From NCBI GenBank assembly GCA_963705255.1, contig OY970061.1, positions 768,001 through 832,000 on the forward strand: a stretch of 64,000 nucleotides of DNA, given 5' to 3'. The stretch's first letter is position 1. Every line of letters starts with the position of its first letter. Of the stretch, positions 42,524-53,998 are shown one piece after another. Under the pieces are notes generated by a model. That model made no database searches. It saw only the letters and a program-made list of their open reading frames with translations, and was not told the DNA's origin. The stretch comes from an uncultured Methanoregulaceae archaeon. Its GTDB lineage: Archaea > Halobacteriota > Methanomicrobia > Methanomicrobiales > Methanospirillaceae. The translations under genes were made by a program, and so were the position numbers.

Positions 42524-45115
42524 ATGAACTTCAACAATTTCACCATCAAGTCACAGGAAGCCGTGGCGAAAGCAACGGAGATTGCAACGGGAAAACAGAA
42601 CCAGGCCATCGAGACCTCGCATCTCCTGAAGGGGATGCTCATGGTTGACGAGAATGTCATCCCGTACCTCCTGAAGAAACTGAACGTGAACCTTGATGTG
42701 TTCACACCGGCGCTCGACCGGATCATTGATGCGTACCCTAAGGTCAGCGGCGGGGAGAACTTCCTCTCCAATGATGCCACAAAAGCCCTGCAGAAAGCGG
42801 TGGCACTTTCCCAGGAATCCCGGGACGAATTTGTCTCCCTGGAGCACCTCCTCCTGGGAATCCTGTCGGTGAACGACAAAACCTCGCGGCTGCTGAAGGA
42901 GAACGGGGTTACCGAGAAAGACCTGAAGACCGCTATCAGCCAGTTGCGGAAAGGCTCGACGGTGAACAACCAGAACGCGGAAGAGACCTACAATTCCCTG
43001 GAAAAATATGCCCGGAACCTGAACGATCTTGCCCGGAGCGGGAAACTCGATCCGGTCATCGGCCGCGACGAGGAGATCCGCAGGGTGCTGCAGATCCTTT
43101 CACGGAGAACGAAGAACAACCCGATCCTGATCGGTGAACCCGGCGTGGGAAAGACCGCCATTGCCGAAGGGCTCGCCCACCGGATCATCGACGGGGATGT
43201 ACCGGAAAACCTGAAGACCAAGCAGATCCATTCCCTCGATATGGGAGCCCTGATTGCCGGGGCGAAATTCAAGGGGGAATTTGAGGAACGGTTAAAAAGC
43301 GTGATCAAGGAAGTGGTCTCCGCTGAAGGGGAGATCGTCCTGTTCATCGACGAGATCCACACCCTGGTCGGGGCGGGCGCCGGCGAGGGCGCGATGGACG
43401 CTGCCAATATCCTCAAGCCCGCGCTCTCCCGGGGAGAACTGCATGTCATCGGCGCAACGACCCTGAAGGAATACCAGAAATATTTCGAGAAGGACAAGGC
43501 GCTCGAGCGGCGTTTCCAGCCGGTGATGGTCAATGAACCGGATACCTTGGACGCCATCTCGATCCTCCGGGGGATCAAGGAGAAATACGAGACCCATCAC
43601 CATGTACGGATCCGGGACGAGGCCATCATCGCCGCCGTCGAACTTTCCCAGCGCTATATCTCCGATCGTTTCCTTCCCGACAAGGCCATCGACCTGATCG
43701 ACGAGGCGGCCTCGAAACTCCGGCTCGAGATCAACTCGAAACCGGAAGAACTGGAGATCATCGAACGGAAGATCCGCCAGATGGAGATTGAACGCGAGGC
43801 CATCAAACGGGAGAAAGACCAGGGAAAGCTGAAGGGGCTGAACGAGGAGATCGCGAACCTGACCGAGGAACGGAACCGGCTGAATGCAAAGTGGCGGTCG
43901 GAGAAAGATCTTGTCGAGCAGATACAGTCGCGGAAAACTGAGATCGAGAACCTGAAATTCGAGGCCGAAGGTGCCGAACGCAGCGGCGACCTCGGGAAGG
44001 TGGCAGAGATCCGCTATGGCCGTATCCCGGATACCGAGAAGGTCATCGAGGGGCTCAAAGGAAAACTGACCGTGCTCCAGAAGGATTCCCCGATGGTGAA
44101 CGAGGAGGTCGGTGCAGAGGAGATTGCCGAAGTGGTCTCGCGCTGGACCGGCATTCCCGTGAGCAGGATGCTGCAGAGCGAGCGGCAGAAACTGCTGAGC
44201 CTCGAGACCGAACTCCACAAGCGCGTCGTGGGCCAGGATGAAGCCATCGGGGCAGTTGCCGATGCCATCCGCCGGAGCCGTGCCGGGCTGCAGGACACAA
44301 AACGCCCGATCGGCTCTTTCATCTTCCTCGGGACGACCGGTGTAGGAAAGACCGAGCTGGCAAAAGCCTTGGCGGAATTCCTCTTCAACAACGAGAACAG
44401 CATGGTCCGGATCGATATGTCGGAGTACCAGGAACGGCACACCGTCTCGCGGCTTATCGGGGCGCCGCCGGGCTACGTGGGCTACGAGGAGAGCGGGCAG
44501 CTGACCGAAGCGGTCCGGAGAAAGCCCTATTCTGTAGTACTCCTGGACGAGATCGAGAAAGCCCACCCGGATGTGTTCAACATCCTGCTGCAGGTCCTCG
44601 ACGATGGCCGCCTGACCGACAACAAGGGCCGCACGGTGGATTTCAAGAACACCATCATCATCATGACCTCGAACATCGGGTCGCACCTCATCCAGGAGAA
44701 CCTGGAGCATGTCACCGACAAGAACCGGGACGAGATATACGACCGCACCCGCGAGCAGGTCTTCGAACTGCTCAGGAAGACCCTGCGTCCAGAATTCCTC
44801 AACCGGATCGATGAGGTCATCATGTTCAGGCCGCTCACGAAGGATGAGATCCAGACGGTAGTCGAGCTCCAGCTGGGGAACGTCCGGAAGATGCTCGAAA
44901 AGAACGATATCCGGCTTACGGCGACGAAGAAAGCTATCAGGTTCATCGCCGCCCAGGGCTTCGACCCGCAGTTCGGTGCACGTCCGATCAAACGGGTGAT
45001 CCAGAAGAACGTGCTGAATGAGCTGTCAAAGATGATCCTGGAAGGAAACGTGAACAAGGACAAGGAGATCGTGGTGGACGAGAAAGACGGGAAACTGGTG
45101 TTCAGGAATAACTGA
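42524..45115 (+). CDS. clpB: ATP-dependent chaperone ClpB
   Basis: Two AAA domains ([16 protein letters not shown]), middle coiled-coil domain, RIDMSEY, GYVGYE. Confidence 0.97.
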   Translation: MNFNNFTIKSQEAVAKATEIATGKQNQAIETSHLLKGMLMVDENVIPYLLKKLNVNLDVFTPALDRIIDAYPKVSGGENFLSNDATKALQKAVALSQESRDEFVSLEHLLLGILSVNDKTSRLLKENGVTEKDLKTAISQLRKGSTVNNQNAEETYNSLEKYARNLNDLARSGKLDPVIGRDEEIRRVLQILSRRTKNNPILIGEPGVGKTAIAEGLAHRIIDGDVPENLKTKQIHSLDMGALIAGAKFKGEFEERLKSVIKEVVSAEGEIVLFIDEIHTLVGAGAGEGAMDAANILKPALSRGELHVIGATTLKEYQKYFEKDKALERRFQPVMVNEPDTLDAISILRGIKEKYETHHHVRIRDEAIIAAVELSQRYISDRFLPDKAIDLIDEAASKLRLEINSKPEELEIIERKIRQMEIEREAIKREKDQGKLKGLNEEIANLTEERNRLNAKWRSEKDLVEQIQSRKTEIENLKFEAEGAERSGDLGKVAEIRYGRIPDTEKVIEGLKGKLTVLQKDSPMVNEEVGAEEIAEVVSRWTGIPVSRMLQSERQKLLSLETELHKRVVGQDEAIGAVADAIRRSRAGLQDTKRPIGSFIFLGTTGVGKTELAKALAEFLFNNENSMVRIDMSEYQERHTVSRLIGAPPGYVGYEESGQLTEAVRRKPYSVVLLDEIEKAHPDVFNILLQVLDDGRLTDNKGRTVDFKNTIIIMTSNIGSHLIQENLEHVTDKNRDEIYDRTREQVFELLRKTLRPEFLNRIDEVIMFRPLTKDEIQTVVELQLGNVRKMLEKNDIRLTATKKAIRFIAAQGFDPQFGARPIKRVIQKNVLNELSKMILEGNVNKDKEIVVDEKDGKLVFRNN

Positions 45116-45134
45116 TCCGGAATACTCTCGGCAG

Positions 45135-46137
45135 ATGGTTTCCTTGATTCCCCTCCCGCTTATGTCAGGCATTGTTCTCTTCGCCATCGTTACAGGCATT
45201 GGTGCAGTGGCCCTGGTATTCGGCGGTCCACGCGATCCTCCGCCAATGGCGAGCATCAACAACCCGTTCAGAAATGTTGATTTCTCCAACCTGCCGCCAA
45301 TCAGTCACTTCCCCGCCAGAGATGGTGCATCCTTGGCCTTTCGGTACTATCCCGGTAACGACAGCGAAGCACGTGGCAGCATCGTTCTCGTTCATGGATC
45401 CTCCGCGGGCAGCAGCAGCATGCACGGGATGGCCAGTGCCTTTGCCGCTGCAGGTTATCCTGCGTATGCGCTGGATATCCGCGGGCACGGGGAGTCGGGA
45501 ACCCACGGGAAGATCGCGTACATCGGGCAGCTGAGAGGACGATCTGGAAGATTTCCTGCTCTCGGTCAATCCGGTGCATCCCGTCACCCTGGGCGGTTTC
45601 TCTTCGGGAGGCGGATTTGCGCTGCGTTTTGCGGGTAGTGCCAGGCAGAATCTGTTCTCAGGCTACCTTCTGCTCTCTCCGTTCATCAGCCAGGACGCAC
45701 CGACGTACCGCCCTGACGGTGGAGGGTGGGCCCGGGTCGGCATTCCGCGCCTTCTTATGATCTCCCTGCTGAACGTTGCCGGAGTTCGCGCATTCAACGG
45801 ACTGGCGGTGATCAGGTATGCCGTCAGCGAAGAGGCGAAGGCGATCTCTACCCCGGAGTACTGGTACGCTCTGGAGCAGAACTTCCGGCCTGATCACGAC
45901 TACCGGGCCACTATCCGGGCAGTGGAACGACCGCTGCGCCTGGTGGCAGGACAAAAAGACGAGGTATTTTACAGCGACCGTTTCGCGGAGGTGTTCAGAC
46001 TCGAGGGGAAGGACGTTCCGGTCACCCTGGTGCCGGGAACAGGACATATTTCCCTCACGCTGGAACCGGACGCGATTCAGGCTGCAGTAGCCGCGGTTCG
46101 TAGTATGGATGAGCCACGAACCACCAATGAGACCTGA
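45135..46137 (+). CDS. Membrane-anchored alpha/beta hydrolase (frameshift near 45535)
   Basis: HGSS, DIRGHG.S, GFSSGG, D..F, GHI split over two ORFs. Confidence 0.85.
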
Positions 46138-46224
46138 AGCTGCCTGTTTTCTGGCGATTGCGTATGGGGCAGGCGGGGGGACTCCCGGGTCTCCGGCCGG
46201 GAGACCCAAAAGGACACCCGGTTA

Positions 46225-47262
46225 TCAGAGCCGCAGGAGGCGTTCCGCGTTCCCGTGTGCTATCCTGTTCCTGTCCGCCGTGCTCACCGGGAGCTGATCC
46301 AGGAAGGTGCGTGCTTCCGCCATAGAGCTGTAAGGATAGTCGGCAGAGAACATGATCCGGTCGGCTCCGACCTGGAGATACAGGTTGAGGAATGCCGGGG
46401 TAAAGTTGAAACCGCTGAACGTATAGTAGACATTCTCCTGGAGGTAGTCCGCGACAGGATGATCGAGCTTCGTTACGTTCGTAGACAACCCTTTGTCGAG
46501 TCTGGGCATCATAAAGGGAAGAGCCTCCCCCAGGTGGCCGATCACGATCTGAAGATCCGGATACCGGTCGAAAGCTCCACCGAGGATGAGGCGGAGGACA
46601 TGGACCGCTGTCTCGATATGCCAGCCCCATCCATGCCGGGATAACCCGTTTGTCACCTCTGGCGAGAAACCTGCATAGTACGCCTTGATCACGGGATCCG
46701 GTGGCGGTGTCGGATGGATGCAGAGGGGAACTTTGAGCGCTTCGGCACGCTCCAGGATCGGCCAGAAGGATCTGTCATCCAGGTAGCGGCCCCGGGTGTG
46801 GCCGTTGATCCATCCTCCCTTGAAGCCATGTTCATGAACCATGCGTTCCAGCTCATCGGCAGCGATCCCGGGGGCAGCGGTTGGCAGGGTGGCGAATCCG
46901 GCGAAACGTTCCGGATAACGCCGCACCGCTCCCGCGAGATAATCGTTCGCTTCGCGGGCGAGCGTAACTGACGCGGTTGCATCGAGCTGCTGCACCGAGG
47001 GGTCGGTCAGCGACAATACCTGGACGTCGATACCCGCGGCATCCATCTCCGCGATCCGCTTATCGCCGAGATCGGACAGGTCTTCGGCAAGATTCCCAAA
47101 ACCGGAGCGCCCTGCCACCATCCCGGCCTGTTCCCTGAGCTTTCGTCCGGGACCGTCCAGGAATGCCGGGCTGGCATAGTGCTCTTCAAGAGTGATCGTC
47201 CGCATCTTTTCGCGGTTACCCGGTCGGGACAATTTTCCGGCTGCCTTGTTTCCCATAATCAT
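46225..47262 (-). CDS. Amidohydrolase-2 family protein (decarboxylase-like); start may be 47205
   Basis: LEEH, IHP, GHLGE, FSADYP. Confidence 0.92.
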   Translation of the reverse strand: MIMGNKAAGKLSRPGNREKMRTITLEEHYASPAFLDGPGRKLREQAGMVAGRSGFGNLAEDLSDLGDKRIAEMDAAGIDVQVLSLTDPSVQQLDATASVTLAREANDYLAGAVRRYPERFAGFATLPTAAPGIAADELERMVHEHGFKGGWINGHTRGRYLDDRSFWPILERAEALKVPLCIHPTPPPDPVIKAYYAGFSPEVTNGLSRHGWGWHIETAVHVLRLILGGAFDRYPDLQIVIGHLGEALPFMMPRLDKGLSTNVTKLDHPVADYLQENVYYTFSGFNFTPAFLNLYLQVGADRIMFSADYPYSSMAEARTFLDQLPVSTADRNRIAHGNAERLLRL

Positions 47263-47331
47263 TAATCCCGGTTCCGTTCTTTAATAAATTTTCATGAATC
47301 TTTATGTAGGTAAAAAATGAGAGTGGGGAGC

Positions 47332-48000
47332 ATGAAGATCAATTTTGAAAAAGCCGTTTCGTATATCGATACCTTGTATGAAAACGATGAAGCATGCAAA
47401 AAAAAGTACCTTGGATCCACGGAATTAAAAAAATTCGGGACCGTTGTGGATAGCGACGTTTCACGAATGATGCAGATAGTACTACGTCTGGCCCGGCCGC
47501 AAAAGATCCTGGAAATCGGGACAAGTATCGGTTATTCGACCGTATCCATGGCCGGCATTGCCAGAGAATACGGCGGCAGGATCACCACGATCGAGTATGA
47601 CGAGCAGTCAGCAGAACAGGCGATAAAAAATTTCAGGCATGCGGGCGTTGCTGAATGTATCGAGCTGATAATCGGGGATGCACGGGAAATAATTCCGACG
47701 TTGAACGAGAGCTATGATCTGATATTCCAGGATGTCGGAGATAAAACGCTGTACCCGGTTTTGCTCGATAATCTGGTCGCCCTTCTCAAACCGGGCGGAG
47801 TGTTCCTGGCCGAAGATTCTCTTTTTCCGGCTATGGACGTGACGGTACCGGGATCGGAAGATAGCGATCAGGCAGAAAGGATGAAGAGATCATCTGAATC
47901 ACTTGATGAGTTCAACAGGATGATCGCCCACCATCCATTGTTAAGGAGCACGATACTTCCTGTCGGGGACGGGTTGACGATCGGCGTAAAAACAGGTTGA
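47332..48000 (+). CDS. O-methyltransferase (family 3)
   Basis: ILEIGTSIGYS, YDLIFQD, LKPGG, PVGDG. Confidence 0.9.
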   Translation: MKINFEKAVSYIDTLYENDEACKKKYLGSTELKKFGTVVDSDVSRMMQIVLRLARPQKILEIGTSIGYSTVSMAGIAREYGGRITTIEYDEQSAEQAIKNFRHAGVAECIELIIGDAREIIPTLNESYDLIFQDVGDKTLYPVLLDNLVALLKPGGVFLAEDSLFPAMDVTVPGSEDSDQAERMKRSSESLDEFNRMIAHHPLLRSTILPVGDGLTIGVKTG

Positions 48001-48270
48001 CAACGCTAGGCGGACCGGATCCCGAGATGGCCGGGGGCCCGCCATGGAGATCGGGGAGTGGAGGGCCCTCAGACTCCGCTCCTGCCGCGTGGGCATCCTC
48101 CGGGCCGGTTACCCAAACCTATATCCAGATGTATCCTGAAAAATTCCGGTGAACCGGAGGAGCCGGCCGGATGCAGACTTATGCCGATGAATCCATGAAC
48201 GGAATATATACCGGACGATCTTCCGGTTGCAGGAGGGCGGGATCAAAAATCATTTCCCGCCGGTGACCTG

Positions 48271-48816
48271 ATGAGCACGACCTGCGCCGGCCAGGAGATC
48301 CGGATATCTGTCGCGGAGCCCGGCGATCTCGAACAGATCCTTGCGCTCCAGAAGATTGCATTCCTGAGCGAAGCGGCTCTGATCGATGACTACTCGATTC
48401 CCCCGCTCCACCAGGATATCGCGGAGATCCGCGATGAGTTCAGGCGCAACCGCTTTCTCAAGGCCGAGACCGGCGGTCGGATTGTCGGCTCAGTCCGGGC
48501 GGGGGTACAGGGCGGGACATGCCTGATACAGAAACTGATCGTCCACCCGGAGTACCAGAACCGTGGGATCGGTTCCCTGCTCCTCGCGGGCATAGAGCAG
48601 AGTTTCCCCGGCGCCGGGAGGTTTGAGTTGTTCACCGGCAAAGAAAGCGCACGGAACCATGCGTTCTACAGCCGCCGGGGGTATCGGGCCTTCAGGGAGA
48701 CGAAAGTCAGCGACAAACTGACCCTGATAGGGTTTGAGAAAGTGAATCGGTACTCCGTAATATGCCCGGCAGGTTCTGATAAGTTCACGGTGGATCTTCA
48801 ATTTTTCATCTCGTAA
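48271..48816 (+). CDS. GNAT N-acetyltransferase
   Basis: VHPEYQNRGIG; N..FY.RRGY. Confidence 0.92.
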   Translation: MSTTCAGQEIRISVAEPGDLEQILALQKIAFLSEAALIDDYSIPPLHQDIAEIRDEFRRNRFLKAETGGRIVGSVRAGVQGGTCLIQKLIVHPEYQNRGIGSLLLAGIEQSFPGAGRFELFTGKESARNHAFYSRRGYRAFRETKVSDKLTLIGFEKVNRYSVICPAGSDKFTVDLQFFIS

Positions 48817-48893
48817 ATAATGTAAAATCGACCGGTAACGTATCAGAACCCCCAAAAGAAACCAATATATAAAGCGTCGCACACAGCCTGTGT

Positions 48894-50027
48894 ATGTCCA
48901 AGTGCGTCCTGGCTGTTATACTTCTTATGGTGATAATCATCCCCGTCACCGCTGATGTGTCCCCGGCGACCTGGAGCTGGAACACCTACCAAGGGACGGT
49001 CATGTGGCAGGTGACCGTCGTCGAGGACCAGACAGGGTGTCAAGGGCCGGTGTTAACAAACACCTATACGGTCCCCATCCAGTTCCGTGGTAATAGTGCT
49101 GTAATGGGAGATGTCGGGCATGGATCTGCCGGTGGGACATTCACGTCCGGAAATGTATTGCATATACAATCAAGATCCGTCGCCGACCCCCCAGGCGAAT
49201 CGACATTGTCTCCCTATGATGTTTTCTTTACAACGGACTGCTCTGCGTTTACAGCGCAATACAGCTGGGATTACAGCGGTTCGGATGGGTCGTGTAAGGG
49301 GACAACAAAACTGAACGGGGCAAACAACAACGGGTGCCCTGCTGCAGCTGTTACCACGGTTACCACCGCCCCTGCAGTTGCCACAACTCAGGAAGAGTAC
49401 TTTGTATCGCAGGTAAGCGTCCCTCGTTCACAATTCCTCAATATCCTTCCGCTCTTTGACCAAAGAGACCAACTAGGAAATAAAATCGGCTCTTTCCAGT
49501 TCAAAAGCGACCTGAATCACCAGAATACCGGGGAATATCTCCCGGAACCCCCGGAGATCACCCAGGCGCGGGCGGATCTAAAACAGATCCAGGACCAGAT
49601 CACTGCAAAGAGTGCTGAAATCGAGAAGGAATATCAGGAAGTGCTGGTAAAAGATCCAACGAATATCCAGGCAAACTGGGACATGGCGCAGCTGAAGAAG
49701 AGCGAGAATCAGATGGATGCTGCTATTGTATATGCACAGAACGCGTTGAAGAACCCGGATTCCGGTAAATATGAGAGCGCGATTGAGAACAGTATTGCGG
49801 ACGGATACAATCTCCGGGTTTACCCCAGCCCGGACAACAGCAATTTTGTTGCAACGGTAAAGAACCAGCTTCCCGTAGCAGACCAGAACGTCTTTGGCAC
49901 AAATGTCCAGTCACAGCCGGCTGAACGGGGCCTGCTCACCAACTTACGGGATTTCGAGATATATGCAAGCTCAAAGACTGCTTTGCTCTATGATAACCTG
50001 GTGAACCAGGCAACCTACGGGAGGTGA
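48894..50027 (+). CDS. Secreted hypothetical protein (beta-rich N-domain, Thr linker, helical TPR-like region)
   Basis: Signal peptide; VLVKDPTNIQANWDMAQL TPR-like pattern. Confidence 0.75.
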   Translation: MSKCVLAVILLMVIIIPVTADVSPATWSWNTYQGTVMWQVTVVEDQTGCQGPVLTNTYTVPIQFRGNSAVMGDVGHGSAGGTFTSGNVLHIQSRSVADPPGESTLSPYDVFFTTDCSAFTAQYSWDYSGSDGSCKGTTKLNGANNNGCPAAAVTTVTTAPAVATTQEEYFVSQVSVPRSQFLNILPLFDQRDQLGNKIGSFQFKSDLNHQNTGEYLPEPPEITQARADLKQIQDQITAKSAEIEKEYQEVLVKDPTNIQANWDMAQLKKSENQMDAAIVYAQNALKNPDSGKYESAIENSIADGYNLRVYPSPDNSNFVATVKNQLPVADQNVFGTNVQSQPAERGLLTNLRDFEIYASSKTALLYDNLVNQATYGR

Positions 50028-50034
50028 AACCGTT

Positions 50035-50469
50035 ATGAAAGAAACGAGATCAAAAAAGATGAGATGGGGAATATCCCTTGCACTCTTCGTTATACTCTCA
50101 CTTGCAGCACTTTCTGGCGGTTGCGCTTCGAATAACCCGGCAACTTCACAAAACACCCCCGTGATGCAGCAAAAAGCTGCCTTTGTTGCGGCTGCCAATA
50201 ACTGTACCAACACAAATGCAGTTATTACCGACGAAGTAGGGACATTCCAGTACACCTCATCTGATATCTGCACATTCACCAAGACCCTTGTCCGGTTGAA
50301 TGAGAGCGAGATGCAGGAGATGAAGACGATGCTTGAGGGAAAGAGCATGACCTGCAATTATGCCCAAGGGAGTTTTGATCCCCGGCTGGTCACATCGCTT
50401 GTCGGCGGAATAGAGCACTGCTCCGGCGACTTAAAAGACGATATTACGAACATGATGCTCTTTACTTGA
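50035..50469 (+). CDS. Hypothetical lipoprotein
   Basis: Lipobox LSGGC; four further Cys. Confidence 0.75.
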   Translation: MKETRSKKMRWGISLALFVILSLAALSGGCASNNPATSQNTPVMQQKAAFVAAANNCTNTNAVITDEVGTFQYTSSDICTFTKTLVRLNESEMQEMKTMLEGKSMTCNYAQGSFDPRLVTSLVGGIEHCSGDLKDDITNMMLFT

Positions 50470-50528
50470 ACACTCCTTTTTTGGCTTCTTGTAGAAACTG
50501 CACATGAACGGGCGTTCACACCCGAAGC

Positions 50529-50735
50529 ATGAAAATCGAATTCCCCGTCTTTGTTTTTGCCAGTTTCACCGCACAGCATCCCTACCGTAGCTCTGCCGGG
50601 TTCCTCCTGATCGTAGTATTTGTTGTCCTTGCAGTTGGTATGATAAACGTAATATTCCTGATGGGGAGTCTTGTGCAGCTGGCTGTCGAGGATCTTATTC
50701 TTACCACCATCGGGATCTTCGCTGACGCGTCTTGA
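50529..50735 (+). CDS. Possible small membrane protein
   Basis: Hydrophobic 68-aa ORF downstream of the lipoprotein. Confidence 0.3.
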   Translation: MKIEFPVFVFASFTAQHPYRSSAGFLLIVVFVVLAVGMINVIFLMGSLVQLAVEDLILTTIGIFADAS

Positions 50736-50974
50736 CTGATGGGCAAAAGCGGGGTACACCACGGGAATCCGGCTGGACACGTTCCCCTTTTTATCCTGCC
50801 CTGTGCAATTGCCCTTCTATCGCTGGGACAGGACATACGGGTGACTGCAGTGCTGAATTGTTATATCGTACGGTTCTGATCTCAGTTTTTTGATCTCACG
50901 ATCGCTGTTAAAAAAGGTAAACCGGAGTCTGATTGAAAACCGGGGCAACCGGACCTTGGCGGAAGATCCGCAAA

Positions 50975-51048
50975 GGGAGACCCCTCTCCATATAACCGGA
51001 AGGGGGAGGGGTGCCCACCCCTTGCTCTGAGGGAGGGGGAGGTACCCC
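50975..51048. repeat. G/C-run dispersed element (related copies at 59626-59700 and 63692-63772)
   Basis: acccc..tcc....aaccggaaggggg...ggtRcccacccct.gc.ctga..gagggggaggtaccc. Confidence 0.8.
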
Positions 51049-51064
51049 AGCCTTACCGTCCGGT

Positions 51065-51421
51065 CTAGCAGACCTTCGCCTTCATTCCTTCACATTCCAG
51101 GTAATGTAAACCCCATATCCGCATCGCATCAAATATCGGGAAAAGGGCTTTACCATATTCAGTCAGGGAATACTCAACACGGGGAGGTACCTCGGGAAAC
51201 ACAACCCTTGAAATGATCTTCAGGTTCTCAAGTTCCCGGAGATGAGTTGTGATGGTTTTCGAGTTCACATTGTGCATTTTCTTCTGGAGGTCAGAGAACC
51301 GGAGCGTGCGTTTCTTCAGGTTCCAGATAATGAGAATTTTCCACTTGCTTCCCATGACCTCAATAAATAATTCCACAGGACATTTGGATTCTATTTTGGA
51401 TTCAGACATATTTTCCGCCAA
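51065..51421 (-). CDS. HxlR-family winged-helix transcriptional regulator
   Basis: CPVE....G.KWK..I, L.ELE, EVPPRVEYSLT. Confidence 0.94.
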   Translation of the reverse strand: MAENMSESKIESKCPVELFIEVMGSKWKILIIWNLKKRTLRFSDLQKKMHNVNSKTITTHLRELENLKIISRVVFPEVPPRVEYSLTEYGKALFPIFDAMRIWGLHYLECEGMKAKVC

Positions 51422-51514
51422 TAGTTATTTTTTCGTAACAGTATTACTTTTTTCCCTCTGCATGGTATAAGTAACTAAAAGGTAAAGGAATGTTTGTTAT
51501 TAAGGAGGTTACCA

Positions 51515-52156
51515 ATGGAAAAGCACAGTCCGCAATGCGTAAAATGTACCATTCTCCGGTGCAGTTCCAAAGAAAAGAACAGGAAAGTGCCATTATCCTG
51601 CCCTACTGAAAAGTACCCGGATTTAGTTAAGGAAACGATTGATATATTCATGCTTCCCGAGAACCAGGTCGTGAATAAGGGCTGGCTTGGTTTGATGGGT
51701 AAAGTTATGAACCCGGAAAAACCGAGAGAGAAATTTTCCTGGACACGGGTTGATGAAATTATCGAGTACGCGAAGATACGCGGGATGAAACGGCTCGGCA
51801 TCGCCACGTGTTATGCACTGATGTCTGAATCGGGGTCGTTATCCGACATCCTTGAACGTAATGGGTTCGACGTCGTTTCCGTATCGTGCCTCTGCGGGGA
51901 AGTAAATCCGCAGGACATTGGCATGCCAGGGAATATATTCTGCAACCCGATCATGCAGGCAGAAGTACTCAACCGTGAAAAAACAGAGCTGAATATCATG
52001 ATAGGGCTTTGTCTTGGGCATGACATACTCTTCCTGCGTTATTGTACAGCGGAGACAACGCCCCTCGTGGTCAAGGACCGTGCTCTCGGGCATAATCCTG
52101 TAGCCGCGTTGTACCTTAACCAGGGTTATTTTAAGGACAGGTTTACCAGAACGTGA
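51515..52156 (+). CDS. DUF1847 family metal-binding protein
   Basis: TRVDE, GIA.C, CNPI.QA..LN, GLCLGHD, KDR..GHNP. Confidence 0.88.
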   Translation: MEKHSPQCVKCTILRCSSKEKNRKVPLSCPTEKYPDLVKETIDIFMLPENQVVNKGWLGLMGKVMNPEKPREKFSWTRVDEIIEYAKIRGMKRLGIATCYALMSESGSLSDILERNGFDVVSVSCLCGEVNPQDIGMPGNIFCNPIMQAEVLNREKTELNIMIGLCLGHDILFLRYCTAETTPLVVKDRALGHNPVAALYLNQGYFKDRFTRT

Positions 52157-52291
52157 GCGTGAGCCGGTGGAGTATCCGGGAAACGGCGGGGCGGGGGCAC
52201 CTCACCAACGGTGGTGTACCATGACACAGTATCCGTTTCATATTAAAACAACTCTAAATCCTGACGAATTAATACCATAAAGGGAGAGACA

Positions 52292-53017
52292 ATGAAACAA
52301 GTCACCGGGGATAATCGTGAATGGTTTCAGGATTGGGCGAACGAATACGACAATACTCTTGGAAAAGTAAAGAGACACCATAAACTGCTTGACCTGGTTG
52401 TTAAGGTATCGGGAATAAAAAGAAATGACCACATTCTTGATATTGGCTGCGGGACAGGATTACTGTCGCTGAAATTCCTTGATAAAACAGAATGTACAAT
52501 CACGGCAATTGACAGCTCAGCTCAGATGCTCAGGATATTCCAGGAAAAGATTGAAAAGTGCAATCTGACGGAAAAAATTCATTGCGCACAAAAACCGGCA
52601 GAGGATATGGATTTCAGACCGGATCAGTTTGATATCATAGCAGCGACGGTTGCACTGCATCATGTGAAATGCAAAGAACCCATTATCAAAAAAATTTATG
52701 ACTATCTGAAAGATGGCGGGAGATTTGTCATCGGGGAAATCGATTTGGATACAACGGGAGAACTGGATGACCCCAGGCGTTTATCGAGAATTTTACGGTA
52801 TCTTACCAAGGAGTTGCCCCTCGTAATGAAAGAGGGAGGTCTCCCGGCATTTGAGAGGATGTATGACAATGGAAAAAAGCACATCCTGAACGATGGAGAA
52901 TACTGCATTGGATTTGATCAATGGGCAAAACTATGCAGGAATGCCGGATTTAAGAATGTGGAAGTCTTCCCCTTAAAAGAGTTTGAATGGTTCAAAGTCC
53001 TCGTAGCAACAAAATAG
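52292..53017 (+). CDS. Class I SAM-dependent methyltransferase
   Basis: ILDIGCGTG, ALHH, LKDGG. Confidence 0.92.
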   Translation: MKQVTGDNREWFQDWANEYDNTLGKVKRHHKLLDLVVKVSGIKRNDHILDIGCGTGLLSLKFLDKTECTITAIDSSAQMLRIFQEKIEKCNLTEKIHCAQKPAEDMDFRPDQFDIIAATVALHHVKCKEPIIKKIYDYLKDGGRFVIGEIDLDTTGELDDPRRLSRILRYLTKELPLVMKEGGLPAFERMYDNGKKHILNDGEYCIGFDQWAKLCRNAGFKNVEVFPLKEFEWFKVLVATK

Positions 53018-53053
53018 AAGGCAATCCCACAATCATGGGGTGGTGCTGAACTC

Positions 53054-53726
53054 ATGATATTTGCAGAAGATATCATCGATCCGGTTATCCGGAACCATCC
53101 CTGTTGTGCAGCCTGGGCCATCCCCATTTCATCGCTGGGTATGCGGGAACGGGAATTTTTTCCCCGGTTCTCACCGGCATCCAGAACAGCGATTGTACTT
53201 GGTTATCATATTGTGATAAAGGATGAATGGACATGGTTCGAAAAGGAAGACGGGCAGCATCACTGCGAAGCAGATGATCGCAGTAAAAAAATCTGCGGGG
53301 AGATCGCAAACGCGCTTGAAGTTCATGGATTCCGGACGGATATGGTTCCGTATCCCGGAGAGAGTGGCATACAATTCCGGTCGGTTGCGCAGGCTGCAGG
53401 AGCGGGTAGGATCGGGATCAATGTCTTTCTGTTACATCCTCTCTGGGGCCCGTGGATCCAGCTGAGCCTCCTCGCGACCGATGCGCCGTCCCGGCAGAAT
53501 CCGGTATGCCACGCACCTGTCTGCACCCGGTGTGGCGAATGCGTTTCGGCGTGCCCGGCGGGAGCAATCCGGGAGGATTCATTTGACGGGCTCCGCTGCC
53601 GCAGCTACCGTACAGAAAAAGGGGAATATATCCCGTTCGGCCCGGAGAAGGAATTCAGGGTACTGTACGACCTGTGCCGATGTCTGTCCTGTCGGCCAGA
53701 AGCCCCGGAGCCAGACAATCCGGTGA
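53054..53726 (+). CDS. QueG-like 4Fe-4S protein (frameshift near 53660)
   Basis: A..AG.G.IG....L.HP.WGPW, CTRCGECVSACP, CTTCADVCP. Confidence 0.8.
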
Positions 53727-53998
53727 AACTGATTTTTCAGAAAGTCTGCCCAATCCAGCTGGCGGGATGGCCGGGCGATCCCCGAGAGCAGGAGAAATCG
53801 CTAATGAGAGTGGCGGCGTGGCTGTGCCGGGCCGGCCCTGTTAGGGGCACAAGCCGGGCAGTGGAAGGGCCGATGGCAATATAGCAATAGTATTTGCAAT
53901 ATAGAAACATCGGGGCGGGATGTCGGTTTATCCCGGCAATCATGACAAAAATTAACGGGGGGTACGGGTCTCCGGATAATTTCTAAAAATATGAACCC

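Noticed and set aside
43292-44710. Long antisense ORFs (e.g. 472 aa opposite clpB, 416 aa opposite pan, 351 aa opposite kup, 271 aa opposite flaI)
   Set aside because: Shadow ORFs expected from GC-rich codon usage of real genes on the other strand; they show no recognisable motifs.
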